DNA of 62,317 nt, filler included, from Circinaria calcarea (Eukaryota), in the NCBI GenBank assembly GCA_051942165.1. It is 9 parts of 9 records of this genome, joined end to end, with 100 filler letters (N's around TTAATTAATTAA, not from the genome) between each part and the next. Parts side by side here need not be neighbours in the genome. Positions count along the whole stretch, not along the records: positions 48,570 to 55,393 come from JAVECS010001481.1; positions 55,494 to 62,317 come from JAVECS010001482.1; 7 more parts are not named here. One strand, 5' to 3'. Both the position numbers and the translations under genes were made by a program. This document shows positions 48,570-59,657 of the stretch, piece by piece. Positions within the stretch are counted from its first letter, which is position 1. Every line of letters begins with the position of its first letter. Below the pieces are notes generated by a model. It saw nothing but the letters and a program-made list of their open reading frames with translations. It was not told the origin of the DNA and ran no database searches.

Positions 48570-49568
48570 GAATGTTTGTGGTACGCTCGCGATCAAGCCC
48601 AAAAATATCATCAAAGTTCTGCTGTTTCAAGGTCGCATCACTTGGAAAAGCCTTGTGGCGGAGGTTGGATTTATGGACACCACGTGATACGTCTTGCCCA
48701 AAGTCGCAAACTTTGATTGACGAGTATCCCGCCGTCGAGCTCAGGGTATTCAGAACTGTTACCAAGCTGTTTTCACGGCTAATGCCTGACAAGCCCTCTT
48801 TCAAGTCTACCGCTGCCTCATGCACTTCCACCGCAACCGCAACCGCTTCAGTATCGCTGTTTCCAGAGTCGTCACTCCACCAAATGCCCTTTTCGGAGTT
48901 CGTTCTCTGATTGAGATGAGTGCTAAGCCAGTTTTGGGTAAACCCGTATCGAGGTTTCCGACTGATTGGTTCAGGTGTCCTCCGGTTCAGCAATTCAGCT
49001 AGTCTTCCCGACAGATGACCGCCAGAATCACGCCCTTCCTCACTGGAAGTATGTGTGTTTACCAAGGGAGCTACCCGCTTTTTAATTGGTTTCCCCTTGA
49101 AAGAATTGAGAGGCGATCCGTCGATAGTGATCGTACTACTTCTCCTGCGATGATTATCTGTGCCGAAACAAGGACGTGAGCTGGATGGAAGCTCGTAAGG
49201 AGATCCCCATGCGGCCGTATAATAGGCACTGCTATCACTCCTCTGTCGAGAAGGGGACTGGAATGCTTGCGAAGTCAGATCACTCCTCGGTAATCTTGGT
49301 AGTGGGGGAAGAGTGGGAGACCGAATCCTTTGGATTTGGCTAGGAGAGGGTGCGGTCCATAGACTGGAGGACCTCGAGCGAGATGAGGATTGTGCGGAGC
49401 TAACCGGCTCTGCTCGTCTGCCTTTAGGAGTTGTTGCCAAAGTCGTTGACAGTGCAAAGGTTGGAGAAGATGAGATTAATCGACAGCTTGACGAAGTAGC
49501 AAGTATTAGTAGATTAGCTTAGAGGAAGATGGACCCCGAAGCTACCTTGCATTGTGGTAATCATTCAT
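48570..49568 (-). CDS. Hypothetical protein, Ser/Arg-rich N-terminal part (runs off contig; start tentative)
   Basis: About 300-codon open frame with a conserved-looking motif SDSSAYYTAAWGSPY. Confidence 0.5.
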
Positions 49569-50613
49569 GGGCGACTGGACACCCGAAACTGGGAGACTTG
49601 ACGAGCTATCTGCGTCCCGGGCATTCGAGTGTTTACCGAGCGACGGGGAGGTTGGCTGAGCGGAGGAATGAAAGGGCACCAAGAGAGATTGGTTCGCGTG
49701 CCTAGCAACCCTCAACCGATTTTGAGTTCAAGGGAGGTACGAAATGCTTTCCGCCAGATAATATTGAATTGGCGTTATCACAGCTTGGACGTGGTCAGAC
49801 AGCGTAAAAGGCAGCTAAGACCTAAGGCGCATGCTTGGGTATTTTGCATCGAGTCGGACCGCGGTTACTTCTGGTCCGTCCGGAGCATTTCAAGCCTCTT
49901 GTGTGTCAGCCACGCGATGGCGGCGAACATGCAGGCACGCTAGCTAGCTGCACTGGACCCGATAGGCCTGAATTGACCATAAAGGAGGAGGATCACAGCA
50001 AACTTGGTGCTAACTATCTAATAGATATGCTAACTCGAAACTTTCTAAATGACTGTACCAGAGTTGAGTGTCTCTTGTACCTCTCGCACCAGTGAATTGA
50101 GACTGATATGTTTACTGCATTCAATCGAGTAGGCCTAGGAAAGATATCGAGTGTTTCATTCCCTTCCCAAGTCCTTTCCATGTCCTAAATTCCTCTCATG
50201 TCCCAAGTCCCGGAAGAAATCAGCGAGGCTAAAGTCTTTTTCCTGTAGCCATCCGTGAAGTGGATACTCTGAATACTGCTCCGCCAGAAAAGACAAATTT
50301 AGCGACACCTGCGTGAAATAAACCCAAAAAAATAAGCCATCGCACCTAGTCCTAGCCAAACCAATGCCCCAAAAGATACCCGCTGAATTTCAGATCCAAC
50401 ACCTTCTTTGACCTTTCATGCTACTTAGCACTGTTGGCGAACATTCCAATCCTTGTCGGTCAGTACCCCAACAGCCGCCTTCGCGTGTATTTTCCTCCGG
50501 ATCTTTTGTCACTGGCGGTCTCCGGCAACGAGGATAGTGTGTAATCGGGGTGTACAGAGATTGCTTAGCTCGAACAAACGTCCATATCTATCGAGTTTGG
50601 TCACTCATCGCGG

Positions 50614-51327
50614 CTATTTGTTGGACGTTGCTTTTGTCAATGTAAAGGTTGGCACTGCCCTCCGAGGTGCCGGGATAACGCCCATGTACTCTATTAAGGG
50701 CCTGAGCAAAAGGACATGCTCCTCCAAGTCATCAGCTGCTGCTGGCCTGTCCCGATAGTAGCTATTTAAGAAAACGCGATTGTCCTCCACAAGGTCATCC
50801 GCATTCTCTAAGATTTGGTGTATGGGGTCCAGGTCGCTGGATAAGCAATCATGTTCATTGATGGACGGCGTAGGCTCCATAAGTTTTGCGTTATGATAGA
50901 ATTCCGGGCATGAACTTGGCACTAGAGTCGGTTCAGCGACTTGGAGAGAGGATCCAGGGACGTTCGACGTAGCTGATAGCAAGACGGCACTTGCGGCTTG
51001 GAAGGATTGATTTCCTGCTCTCGGGAGATACTCGCTAAAGTAGCCGGTTGATAAGGAGGATATATTAGTGCCTCTTGCAAGGTGCTTCCTCTGTAGTAGT
51101 GGAAGGAACGGCGTGATAGGCACATCTTTCTTTGGGCCAAGAGCGGAATATGATGCTTGTAACTCGGAGTGAAATGAATTCACCCTGTATTCGGTGTTGC
51201 GAAATATATACCATTCATCCATCGGCTCGTTCATGAATCTTCGTAAACTAGAATGATGAATGATCCTCCGTGAGCCAAAATTCCTGCGTAAATGCTCCTT
51301 CCCACAGCTGAGATGGGCCTCATGCAT
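50614..51327 (-). CDS. Hypothetical protein or gene relic
   Basis: 237-codon ATG-started ORF with no motif recognised. Confidence 0.3.
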   Translation of the reverse strand: MHEAHLSCGKEHLRRNFGSRRIIHHSSLRRFMNEPMDEWYIFRNTEYRVNSFHSELQASYSALGPKKDVPITPFLPLLQRKHLARGTNISSLSTGYFSEYLPRAGNQSFQAASAVLLSATSNVPGSSLQVAEPTLVPSSCPEFYHNAKLMEPTPSINEHDCLSSDLDPIHQILENADDLVEDNRVFLNSYYRDRPAAADDLEEHVLLLRPLIEYMGVIPAPRRAVPTFTLTKATSNK

Positions 51328-51534
51328 CTAGTCATGGACCTGGACATAGATTCATCCTTGTCATACACAGGTCCAGCTTCCTGAGGTACCTAGTCAGGCA
51401 CGATACCACAACCACATAAGTATCTTACTTCAGCCAAGGTCATAAAGAGCCATTAGTAACAACCCTTCGGTGGTGGTCAGCACGTATGCTTATTTGATAA
51501 TATAGACAGACCCTCGAGGGACTCCTGGAACATT

Positions 51535-53585
51535 TTACTGCCCTGGTTCTCCAGTGGCAGATCGAAACCATCGATGGGTCAACAAATCGCGTGCAGTCTG
51601 ACGCTCCGCTGGCTCAAATACCAGCATCTTCTGGAGCAGGTCTACCAGATCCTCAGGTGAACCAGCAATTTGGGGATTCGAGCGCTCAAACCGATTGTGG
51701 ACTTTTTGCCAGAGAGTCAGGTCCGGGTCGTCAGGGGGATCGATAAAAATCCCTACACACATCAGACGCAGATCGAGATGATTTTGAAGTGAAGAAAGAC
51801 ACAAACTGGGTGACTAACCATTTGGCGTAAAGCGAAGACTTCTTGTATCGTAGTAAGGTGACCAACGTGCAGGTAGAGGTCCTAAAGCCCACGCCCAGTC
51901 GGTAATAAGCTCCTCTTCTGATTCAAAATATTGTGGGAAAAGAGTGTCGTTTGTCACAAGCTTATATATCTGCATCGGACGAGATGTGAGCGTTGAACGC
52001 ATAAAAAGTACTAAAGATGTCACCACATAGTGAAAAAATGCTGAAGATGTTGCTTAAACGCACCAAGCAGCCGAGAGACCAAATGTCAACACGGTGATCC
52101 CAATTGCTATCCGTTTGACCAGATGAACGTGAGTGAAAAAGGGCTTCAGGAGCTCGATAGACTAGCGGTGTCGCGATTTCCCGTACTTGATCACTGGCAG
52201 AATGCGCTGCGTTGATAGACAAAGGTCCGTTAACGGAATGGAGATTGAGTAGTAGAAGGAGAGGTAACCCACCACTACCAAAATCAATTAGCTTAACGTT
52301 CCATTTGAAACTTTTGTCTTTGATCATTTCTTTGATCCATTCCTCAAAGGAAGTGGGTTGAACCACGTAATGAGGCAGAGAGCGACTTGGAGGTAATGCG
52401 CCTTTGGTAATTACTGGACTGCAGATGGGACTTCCCAGCCGCGCCAGTATAACTTCTTCTGGTTGACCATCTAGGTTTGGCATTTCTAGGACCACGTTCC
52501 CTGGGTGGAGATCTAACATGCTGAGTTAACACACGCCCTTGTATTTTGGCACATGATTCCGTGATGCAGTAGAAGAACGTTGCATCTATGCTCATCACAT
52601 TTTACACCAAGTAAAGATAGGTTGAAAGCGTTGGCCGAAATGGGTGCTGCTTACCGCCATGCGTAATTCCAAGCTGGTGCAGGTAATCTACTGCTTCCAC
52701 AAGCTGACGGCAGAGTTCTCGAACAACAGCACTTGGCTTCGGTATACTTGAGACTGTTGGACCTGTGATTTCCGTTGCGAGCACATGATGCGCTCCGTTA
52801 GGTCCCAAGATGATAAAATGGTCTATGATTGATAATACATGCGCGCTTCCAGAGTAGGAAAAGGCTGATGAAGGATCTGATAGGCGTTGAAGAATACGTA
52901 TTTCGTTGATCATGATCGCGTTGACGTCCCCGTTGTGGTCCGCAGCTGGTGCATTATGATCATGACAATTGATAGACTTCGATGGTGGTCCGGCTATAAG
53001 TATCTTAAGGGCGATATACCGGCTTCTAGAGATCGTAAATGACTTAGCTATCAGAACAGCGTCGAACACTCCTTTGCCCTAGAGAACACTGCCGTTCCTT
53101 TCTCCAATTGGCATTCCAGCTTTCACTTACTTGGTCGCAGCCAGATCTTCCGCTAGCCATACCGTGGAATACGTCCCGTTGCCTAATTTATGCAACATTT
53201 TATAGCGGCCTCCATCGCCGTAACGTTCACCAAGATGAACAGGATGATATCCGCTGGCATGATAGCCCGAAAACGGCTCAGCGTTTTCAACAAAACCCAG
53301 AAAGTCTTCGTCGTTGAGGAGTGCGACGGCACCAGTATGAGCCGAGATCGAGGCTTCATCAACATGGGATTGAACAGTATCATCGGAGCCCGCAGGATGC
53401 TGCTGGGTGATGGGTGGAAGAAGCGGACTACCAGACGCGGGTGCCATGCAATGAAGATATGCAGAAGGTCGTGGTCGCAGCTTTAATTGGAAGCCCGCAC
53501 GATGCTGTAGGAAGGGAAGCTGTACAACCCTGATTCGGAGAACAGAACGATACATGCACAATTGCCTTATTGATCGATAGGACAT
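51535..53585 (-). CDS. SRPK/Sky1-like fungal Ser/Thr protein kinase (multi-exon)
   Basis: GYHPVHLGE..RYKMLHKLGNGTYSTVWLA, YIALKIL, HG/DLHPGN, LIDFGS, YRAPE, DIWSLGCL, LLQKMLVFEPAERQTARDLLTHRWF. Confidence 0.88.
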
Positions 53586-54236
53586 GTATCAGTAATTGTT
53601 CATAATAGCTACCTTATTACGCTAAGCCACCAGGACCAGGGATAAAAATAAGTGATAAATTGGTTACTTAGTCCATTCAGTATATAGAGAGTAGGGATTT
53701 CCCGTAGCAGTATTCCGCAATCAACTTCAGCTTGGAATACTACACAATTTTCATGGCTTCTAAAGCTCCAACCCGCTTTTGGACCACTCTCAGACGCAGT
53801 GGTGCTAAATGCTACGTCCTAGAACCTATGGGTAAGGCCAAGCTTAAACAGCAATGGAGCGTTCTAGACCTCATCGATCAGTGGGCTCTTCAAAACAAAG
53901 CCAAGTCGATCATTCTTTCAAAGTAACGCCCATTCTTAATCGCCCTGCTATTTCTTTATCTAACGATGAGTCTACTCTCCTGGAGGCGGCATACATGATT
54001 CTACACAGACTCCGGGGAGATGGGGCATACCTCGAGCCGCGGACAAAGACCATATCGGTATTTTAGCCAGTTCTCATGCAGAGTTCGTTGGACTCAAAGC
54101 GACGCCCTTTCACCTGTTTGTGGCCGATTCGAAAGCGCCAGCCCTTGTACTCAAGTCCAGTATCCTAGTGGGGGTCCGCGAAGTCTTCGCGAGGACGAAG
54201 TCAAGGCAGTGGAGGAAGCGGAGGTGAATTTCAGCC

Positions 54237-54292
54237 CTTTCCCTGAGCCAGACAAAGGGGATGGGAAGGGCGCTTTCCCTGAGCCAGACAAA
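54237..54292 (+). repeat. Perfect 20-bp direct repeat CTTTCCCTGAGCCAGACAAA x2
   Basis: Copies at 54237-54256 and 54273-54292, about 30 bp upstream of a TATA-like TATAAG. Confidence 0.9.
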
Positions 54293-54376
54293 TAGACAAG
54301 CCAGAAGGGCAAGAAATGAAGCTATAAGTACTGGGTTTTCCTCGTTGTGCTATTGCAAATCAAAAATATTGCGCGA

Positions 54377-54606
54377 ATGGACGTCGAATTTAGCTACACC
54401 TGGATCCTCTACATAGCCCTCGCCGTCCTCGGCGCCTGCCTTCTCGCCTGGATAGCCGGTCATTTCTACCGCAAAGTCAAGGGTACCTCCAAGGTACGTA
54501 CGTGTTTCCCAGCATCCCGCAATACCTCTCGCTCCTTCTCTCTGTTAAAGCCACGATGCAGAAAGCCGCTGACTGTTTCCAGAAAACCTCGGTGGAGAGT
54601 TTCTAA
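54377..54606 (+). CDS. Putative 46-aa single-pass membrane microprotein (2 exons)
   Basis: Exon 54377-54493 MDVEFSYTWILYIALAVLGACLLAWIAGHFYRKVKGTSK, intron GTACGT..GCTGAC..CAG (54494-54582), exon KTSVESF*. TATAAG at 54323. Confidence 0.5.
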
Positions 54607-55493
54607 AACTGAAAATGCTACCAAGCCGCCATGGACAGAGAACGTACTTGCTGACGTAGGGCGATTCTCAATTGAGGAGATGCATATCAGAGAAGGCGAT
54701 GGAGGCAACATTTGACAGGTATAGCTAAGGCATAGCCGGAGGCCGCATGAGGTTTACAGAGATTGCAGGCGCTTTACGTAGAGAAATGAATTATATAACT
54801 GTTCATTGTGCTTTGGACAACTAGGTCTAGATTCATGACAAGATAGTAAAGCACGCAGCCCACAATCGTTATTTTTTTAAACCTACTATGCACGAAGTGA
54901 GCATTCAAATTGTATGATAGCGGGTGGACGAATCATACAGGTGCAAAGTCAGCCGGTACGTTGGGATAGAACACCGATCAATGAGCAGGAAGAAATAACA
55001 AGATACTAATGAGTAAGTAAAGTTTGCAAAGAGAAACTGGCTGGCGGTCTAGTGTTTGTGAAAAGCTAAAGCTAATTACAAGGCTGTGGTGCCTGTTCAC
55101 TAAACTGTACACCCTTGGGCAGAAACCTATGTAAAACACCCCACCTTCGGTCGGCTGCGAAGAGTGAGAACACACGATAAGAAGTAATCGACTAGAAGCT
55201 CATGGCTAGACCCTTTGAAACCCAATGCACCATCTCTTCCCCTGTCTAATGCAGCCATCGCTTACCTATGAACAAGAATCCCACTTCCAGCAAGCCAATA
55301 TATGCAGAGGCAATGCAGATGACCGACGTCGATTGTATCTAACAAGTTAGAGGGAACTTTTGTTTTCGGTCCGCAGTGAATACGCCCCAATGGNNNNNNN
55401 NNNNNNNNNNNNNNNNNNNNNNNNNNNNNNNNNNNNNTTAATTAATTAANNNNNNNNNNNNNNNNNNNNNNNNNNNNNNNNNNNNNNNNNNNN

Positions 55494-57958
55494 TTCGAGA
55501 GTTCCCCGCCGATTTCTGCTCCGATCTAGAACTGTCAAGTTCAAGATCCTCAAGGAATTTTGCTGCCCTTCTTGCTGCTTTCACGTCAATAATTGGATCT
55601 TTCGCCTTGATTATCTGGTCATCTTCAACTGAGCCTCCTTGTGGAGCTGCAACAATTTTGGGCTCAGATACCGATGGCCGCCACTTTATGTAACCCTTTG
55701 AGTCACGGATTAGATCTTGGTCGTTGGAGGTGTCATCTTGTATCCCTTGGAGTTGGGCTGCGCTCTTTGGTATGGATGCAAAAGATCCGGAGGTTTCCCC
55801 GCGTACAGATCTCCTCCCTTCAAAAGCGGGTATGAATATCATATCCTCAGCTGTTTTACTTGGCCTGGAAATGTGCCTTATTGGCAAAGTAGATGCTCCT
55901 TTCTCTGCCTCAGAAGGGTAAGTAACTTGGGACTCCGATATTGGAGGCTTCCATAATGTAAACAAAGGTGATGCCGGTCGTTCCGAAGTCCAAGCTTTTT
56001 TCCGTGACTCTACGTGGTCTTGTCCGTCTTCAGGTTGGTCTTCCTTTATCGCGGGCCATAAGCCTGGAGTTTCAAGCTGCGATAGAGTTGATTCCTCTAT
56101 TTTCGCCACTGGGGAACTCCATACAGTCCATGCACCTGATAGTCCTCTCGTACCTGCACCTTCGGGGGATTTTTTCTCAGCTCCGCTTTCGTTATGGTTA
56201 GGCTCCTTGTCCAAGACTAGGTCATTCTTTTTCACTGCCTCTTCCTCTGTGAATTCGATCGGAGCCGTTGATGTATCCCTAGATGAGCTGTGCGTTTCAT
56301 CCATTGGGGGTTTCGATCTTGTCCAGGCAGTGGGAGATGGCATTGGTTGAACGGAGTCTATAGGGATTGTGAACTTAACTTGACGACCATCTTGAGCTAG
56401 TGCCGGTACCAAAGTCTTCATAGGATTGTAGGCTTTGGGATCTTTGCTTCCCTCCGCTCTGTGGTAGGTTCGAGAATTATCGTTTGGCACCGTCGTCTCA
56501 GGGATTTTCACCTCATCACTCGCCAGGTTCTTTGATATATGCTTACTTGTTCCCCGGAAACCTACGAACCTTCCCTTGCTCGCCGCTCGAAGTCGTTCCA
56601 AGCGTTGGTTTTCAATCTCTTCCAACCGTGGATCTCTTGTCTTTACCTGAGCGCCTTGTCCCTTGGGCACTGGTTCTTCGATATCAGAGTCTTGATTACC
56701 AGAGCCCTGACGTTTTCTCAAGTGCTTCCAATGTTGAGTGGGGTTGTCATCCAAAGCGCTTGGGGTATCTATTTCCACAGGTCGGACGAGTTGTGAATTA
56801 TCAAATGTCGGGAAAAGACGCATCGTCAAGGAGCGCCGATTACTACAGCGACAGCAGGTTGATGTTTTGTCATCATTCCTCTGTCCGCATTTCGCGCAAT
56901 CCCATTCGTACCGCTCGAGCGGCCTTGGCCTTTTTCCAGCGGTCATTTCCTGGATGGGTGACGACCGCATGGAGGAGATGTGCTCATCTAAAATCTTGTC
57001 TCGGGGCCGAGTCTGGGCTGTTCGAGTCGATTCCGATGCGTACCTACTACTCGGCTGGGCATTATCTTGACTTGCCTCAACACCCAAGGTACTGGCTGCA
57101 CCTTCCATCGGCTGATGGCCGAGTCGCGGGATCCCATTTGCATCTGTCCAGGGGAGGAGAACAGCAATGCTATCTGAATCATCTTGACTCGACCAAGGTA
57201 GAAGGGCTCCCCTATTGCCTGAGGCATTCGTATCAACCGCATGCGGCTGTGGACCAGATTTGAGAACAACTTCTTTTTCGGCCGGTGAACCTACTTCAGA
57301 TACTCCAGATTTACTCCTTGCCTGCCGCCAACGAATATCTTGCCGAGGACTAACACCAGCAAAGCAGAAGTTTCCACACGTGCGACATCTCGAACCCAAT
57401 TTGTTCCTTGTGGTACCGCAGCTGGTGCAGGTAGTTTCACTCTGCCTATTGCCTCTGGCCTTAGTAACGTTGGCGTCACGCGATTGTGCTTGGACTTCTT
57501 GTGGAGTTGCTGCTGGCCTCAGTGCAGAATCTCGAGCCAAGCGGACCTTCCTTGTAGGAGGTTGAGGAGCAGTTTGAGCTATGCGTAAATTCCGGCAAAG
57601 GCCTTCCCTCTCTCGTTCCTCCTCGGGAGTTAGTTGTACCTCAACCTCGTGTCTAGCCCATCCTCCTCTCGAATTTATCGCTGGAATATCCGTCCAACTA
57701 TTATTGGAATGATTGAACGACTCTTGTCCCTCCTCATGCTGGGCAGCAGCGGCGGTAGCTGGTCTATAGGTAGAGGGAGAACATTGAAAGGGCCGCCGCT
57801 GCAACGTCCTTAGATGGTATGGAGAGGTAGTTCGTTGGATTCGAAGGGTGCAGAAGATGCAAATATCTTGGGCGTTAGGGTGCTAGATATAAGGGTCAGT
57901 AAGACGCATGGCGACGGCCGTAGCACTTTACCTTTACCTTCAAGAAGTGCTGTCGCAT
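55494..57958 (-). CDS. Predicted mitochondrially targeted protein with RanBP2-type zinc finger, copy A (3' part beyond contig)
   Basis: MRQHFLK / HPNAQDICIFCTLRIQR..RRPFQ presequence-like start; CTSC..CRTC and WDCAKCGQRNDDKTSTCCRC. Open to the contig edge. Confidence 0.7.
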
Positions 57959-58581
57959 GACGAGCTCAATAAAGATCTCAAAATAATCTCAACGGGGCGC
58001 TACAGAAATTCTTGAGGCACTGGACATCAACTTACAGGGATTAGATCCGGGGGTCAAATGCTGCCGAAGTCCGATGCTCGATTAGCCTCATGAACCTTGA
58101 CGTTCTTTTTCCGGCGTATACTCTCTACTGGTCTTCCGAAGTAAAAGGATCTTTCACGTAACGGTCCTATGCTCCCCGACCAGGCCCTCTTATAAGAGGG
58201 CTAGATGCGGGAAAAAGCCTATTAATAATGTTTGCGTGCTATTTTGCTCCCCTTTGTCGTTATCGTCATCGTCTTGACTGCTGCACTATCTGACTGAAAT
58301 TCTGCGAGCATAAGCTTTGATAACAGCACCTTGTCTCGAAACTCAGCATCTGCGATAGCCTACCCTCCCTGCACGGAGAAGAACTGGTCTGCTAGTAGTG
58401 CCTTCTTGCAGTCGCGGCCCTTTGTTTTTTTACCTATTACGCACATTCTCGGGGAAGTAGTGTTTTTATTCGGTCAGGCACAAGTTGGAGGGGGAGCGCG
58501 TTTCTTGCGGCGTTGGAGCTTTTAATGCTTTGAGGCCGCTTAATCTGGGCGAGAAGGAAGGGATATTCATTTCAATATATA

Positions 58582-58884
58582 TGTCACGCTCTAATGGCTG
58601 TCCGACTGGTAATGCCTGGCATCCGCTCAAGTTCGAGGCAGTCCTGGGACGAAACGGCAATATGGATGATGATGGCGAACGAGGACAGCTCTTATCCACA
58701 GAACATTTCGATCAATACTGTCTAGCCGTCTTCTACCTTTACTCTTTCTGTATAAGCTCAGTCCTACCTCCCCACGACGCCATCCACGGATGGATTCACT
58801 CCTGCTAGGCCGTAACCCTTCGCCAGTCTTTCTCTCTCAAAGCACATCCCATCAACTGCATTCACTAACCCCCTCCATGTCACA
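58582..58884 (+). mobile_element. LTR-like sequence at the centre of the inverted duplication (partial inverted copy about 58927-59015)
   Basis: Begins TGTCACG, has an internal TATAAG and ends TGTCACA. Its first ~90 bp recur inverted, ending ...TGTGACA at 59015. No TSD seen. Confidence 0.45.
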
Positions 58885-59657
58885 TACTGAATATCAACTC
58901 GACGCCTCCCTCCCAGAATATCCCAGCCATCCAAACTGCCGTTTCGCCCCAGGACTGCCTCCAGCTCGTGCGGAGGTCAGGTATTACGAGTCTGGACAGC
59001 CATCAGAGTGTGACATATATATTTAAATGAGTATCCCTTCCCCCTCGCCCAGGTTAAGCGGCCTCAAAGCATTAAAGGCTCCAACGACGCAAGAAAAGCG
59101 CTCCCCCTCCAACTTGTGCCTGACCGAATAAAAACACTACTTCCCCGAGAATGTGCGTAATAGGTAAAAAAGAAAGGGCCGTAACTGTAAAGAAGGCACT
59201 GCCAGCAGACCAGTTCTTCTCCGTGCAGGGAGAGTAGGCTATCGCAGATGCCGAGTTTCGAGACAAGGTGCTGTTATCAAAGCTTATGCTCGCAGAAGTT
59301 CAGTCAGATATTGCAGGAGTTAAGACGATGACGATAACGACGAAGGGGAGCAACAATAGCCCGCAAACATTATGAATAAGCTTTTCCCGGCATCTAGCCA
59401 TCTTATAAGAAGGCCTGGTCGGGGAGCATAGAACCGCTACGTGAAAGATCCTTTTACTTCGGAAGACCAGCAGAAAGTATACGCCGGAAAAAGAACGTCA
59501 AGGTCCATAAGGCTGAGTTAGCTCGTAAGGGTAATCGAGGATCGGACTTCGGCAGAATTTGACCCCCGGATCTAATCCCTGTAAGTTGATGTCCAGTGCC
59601 TCAAGAATTTCTGTAGCGCCCCGTTGAGTACATTTTGAAGTCTTTATTAAGCTCGTC

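Noticed and set aside
6859..55493. Regularly spaced TTAATTAATTAA palindrome within N runs, about every 6.9 kb
   Set aside because: Artificial six-frame-stop linker joining length-sorted contigs. It is not a biological repeat or CRISPR array.
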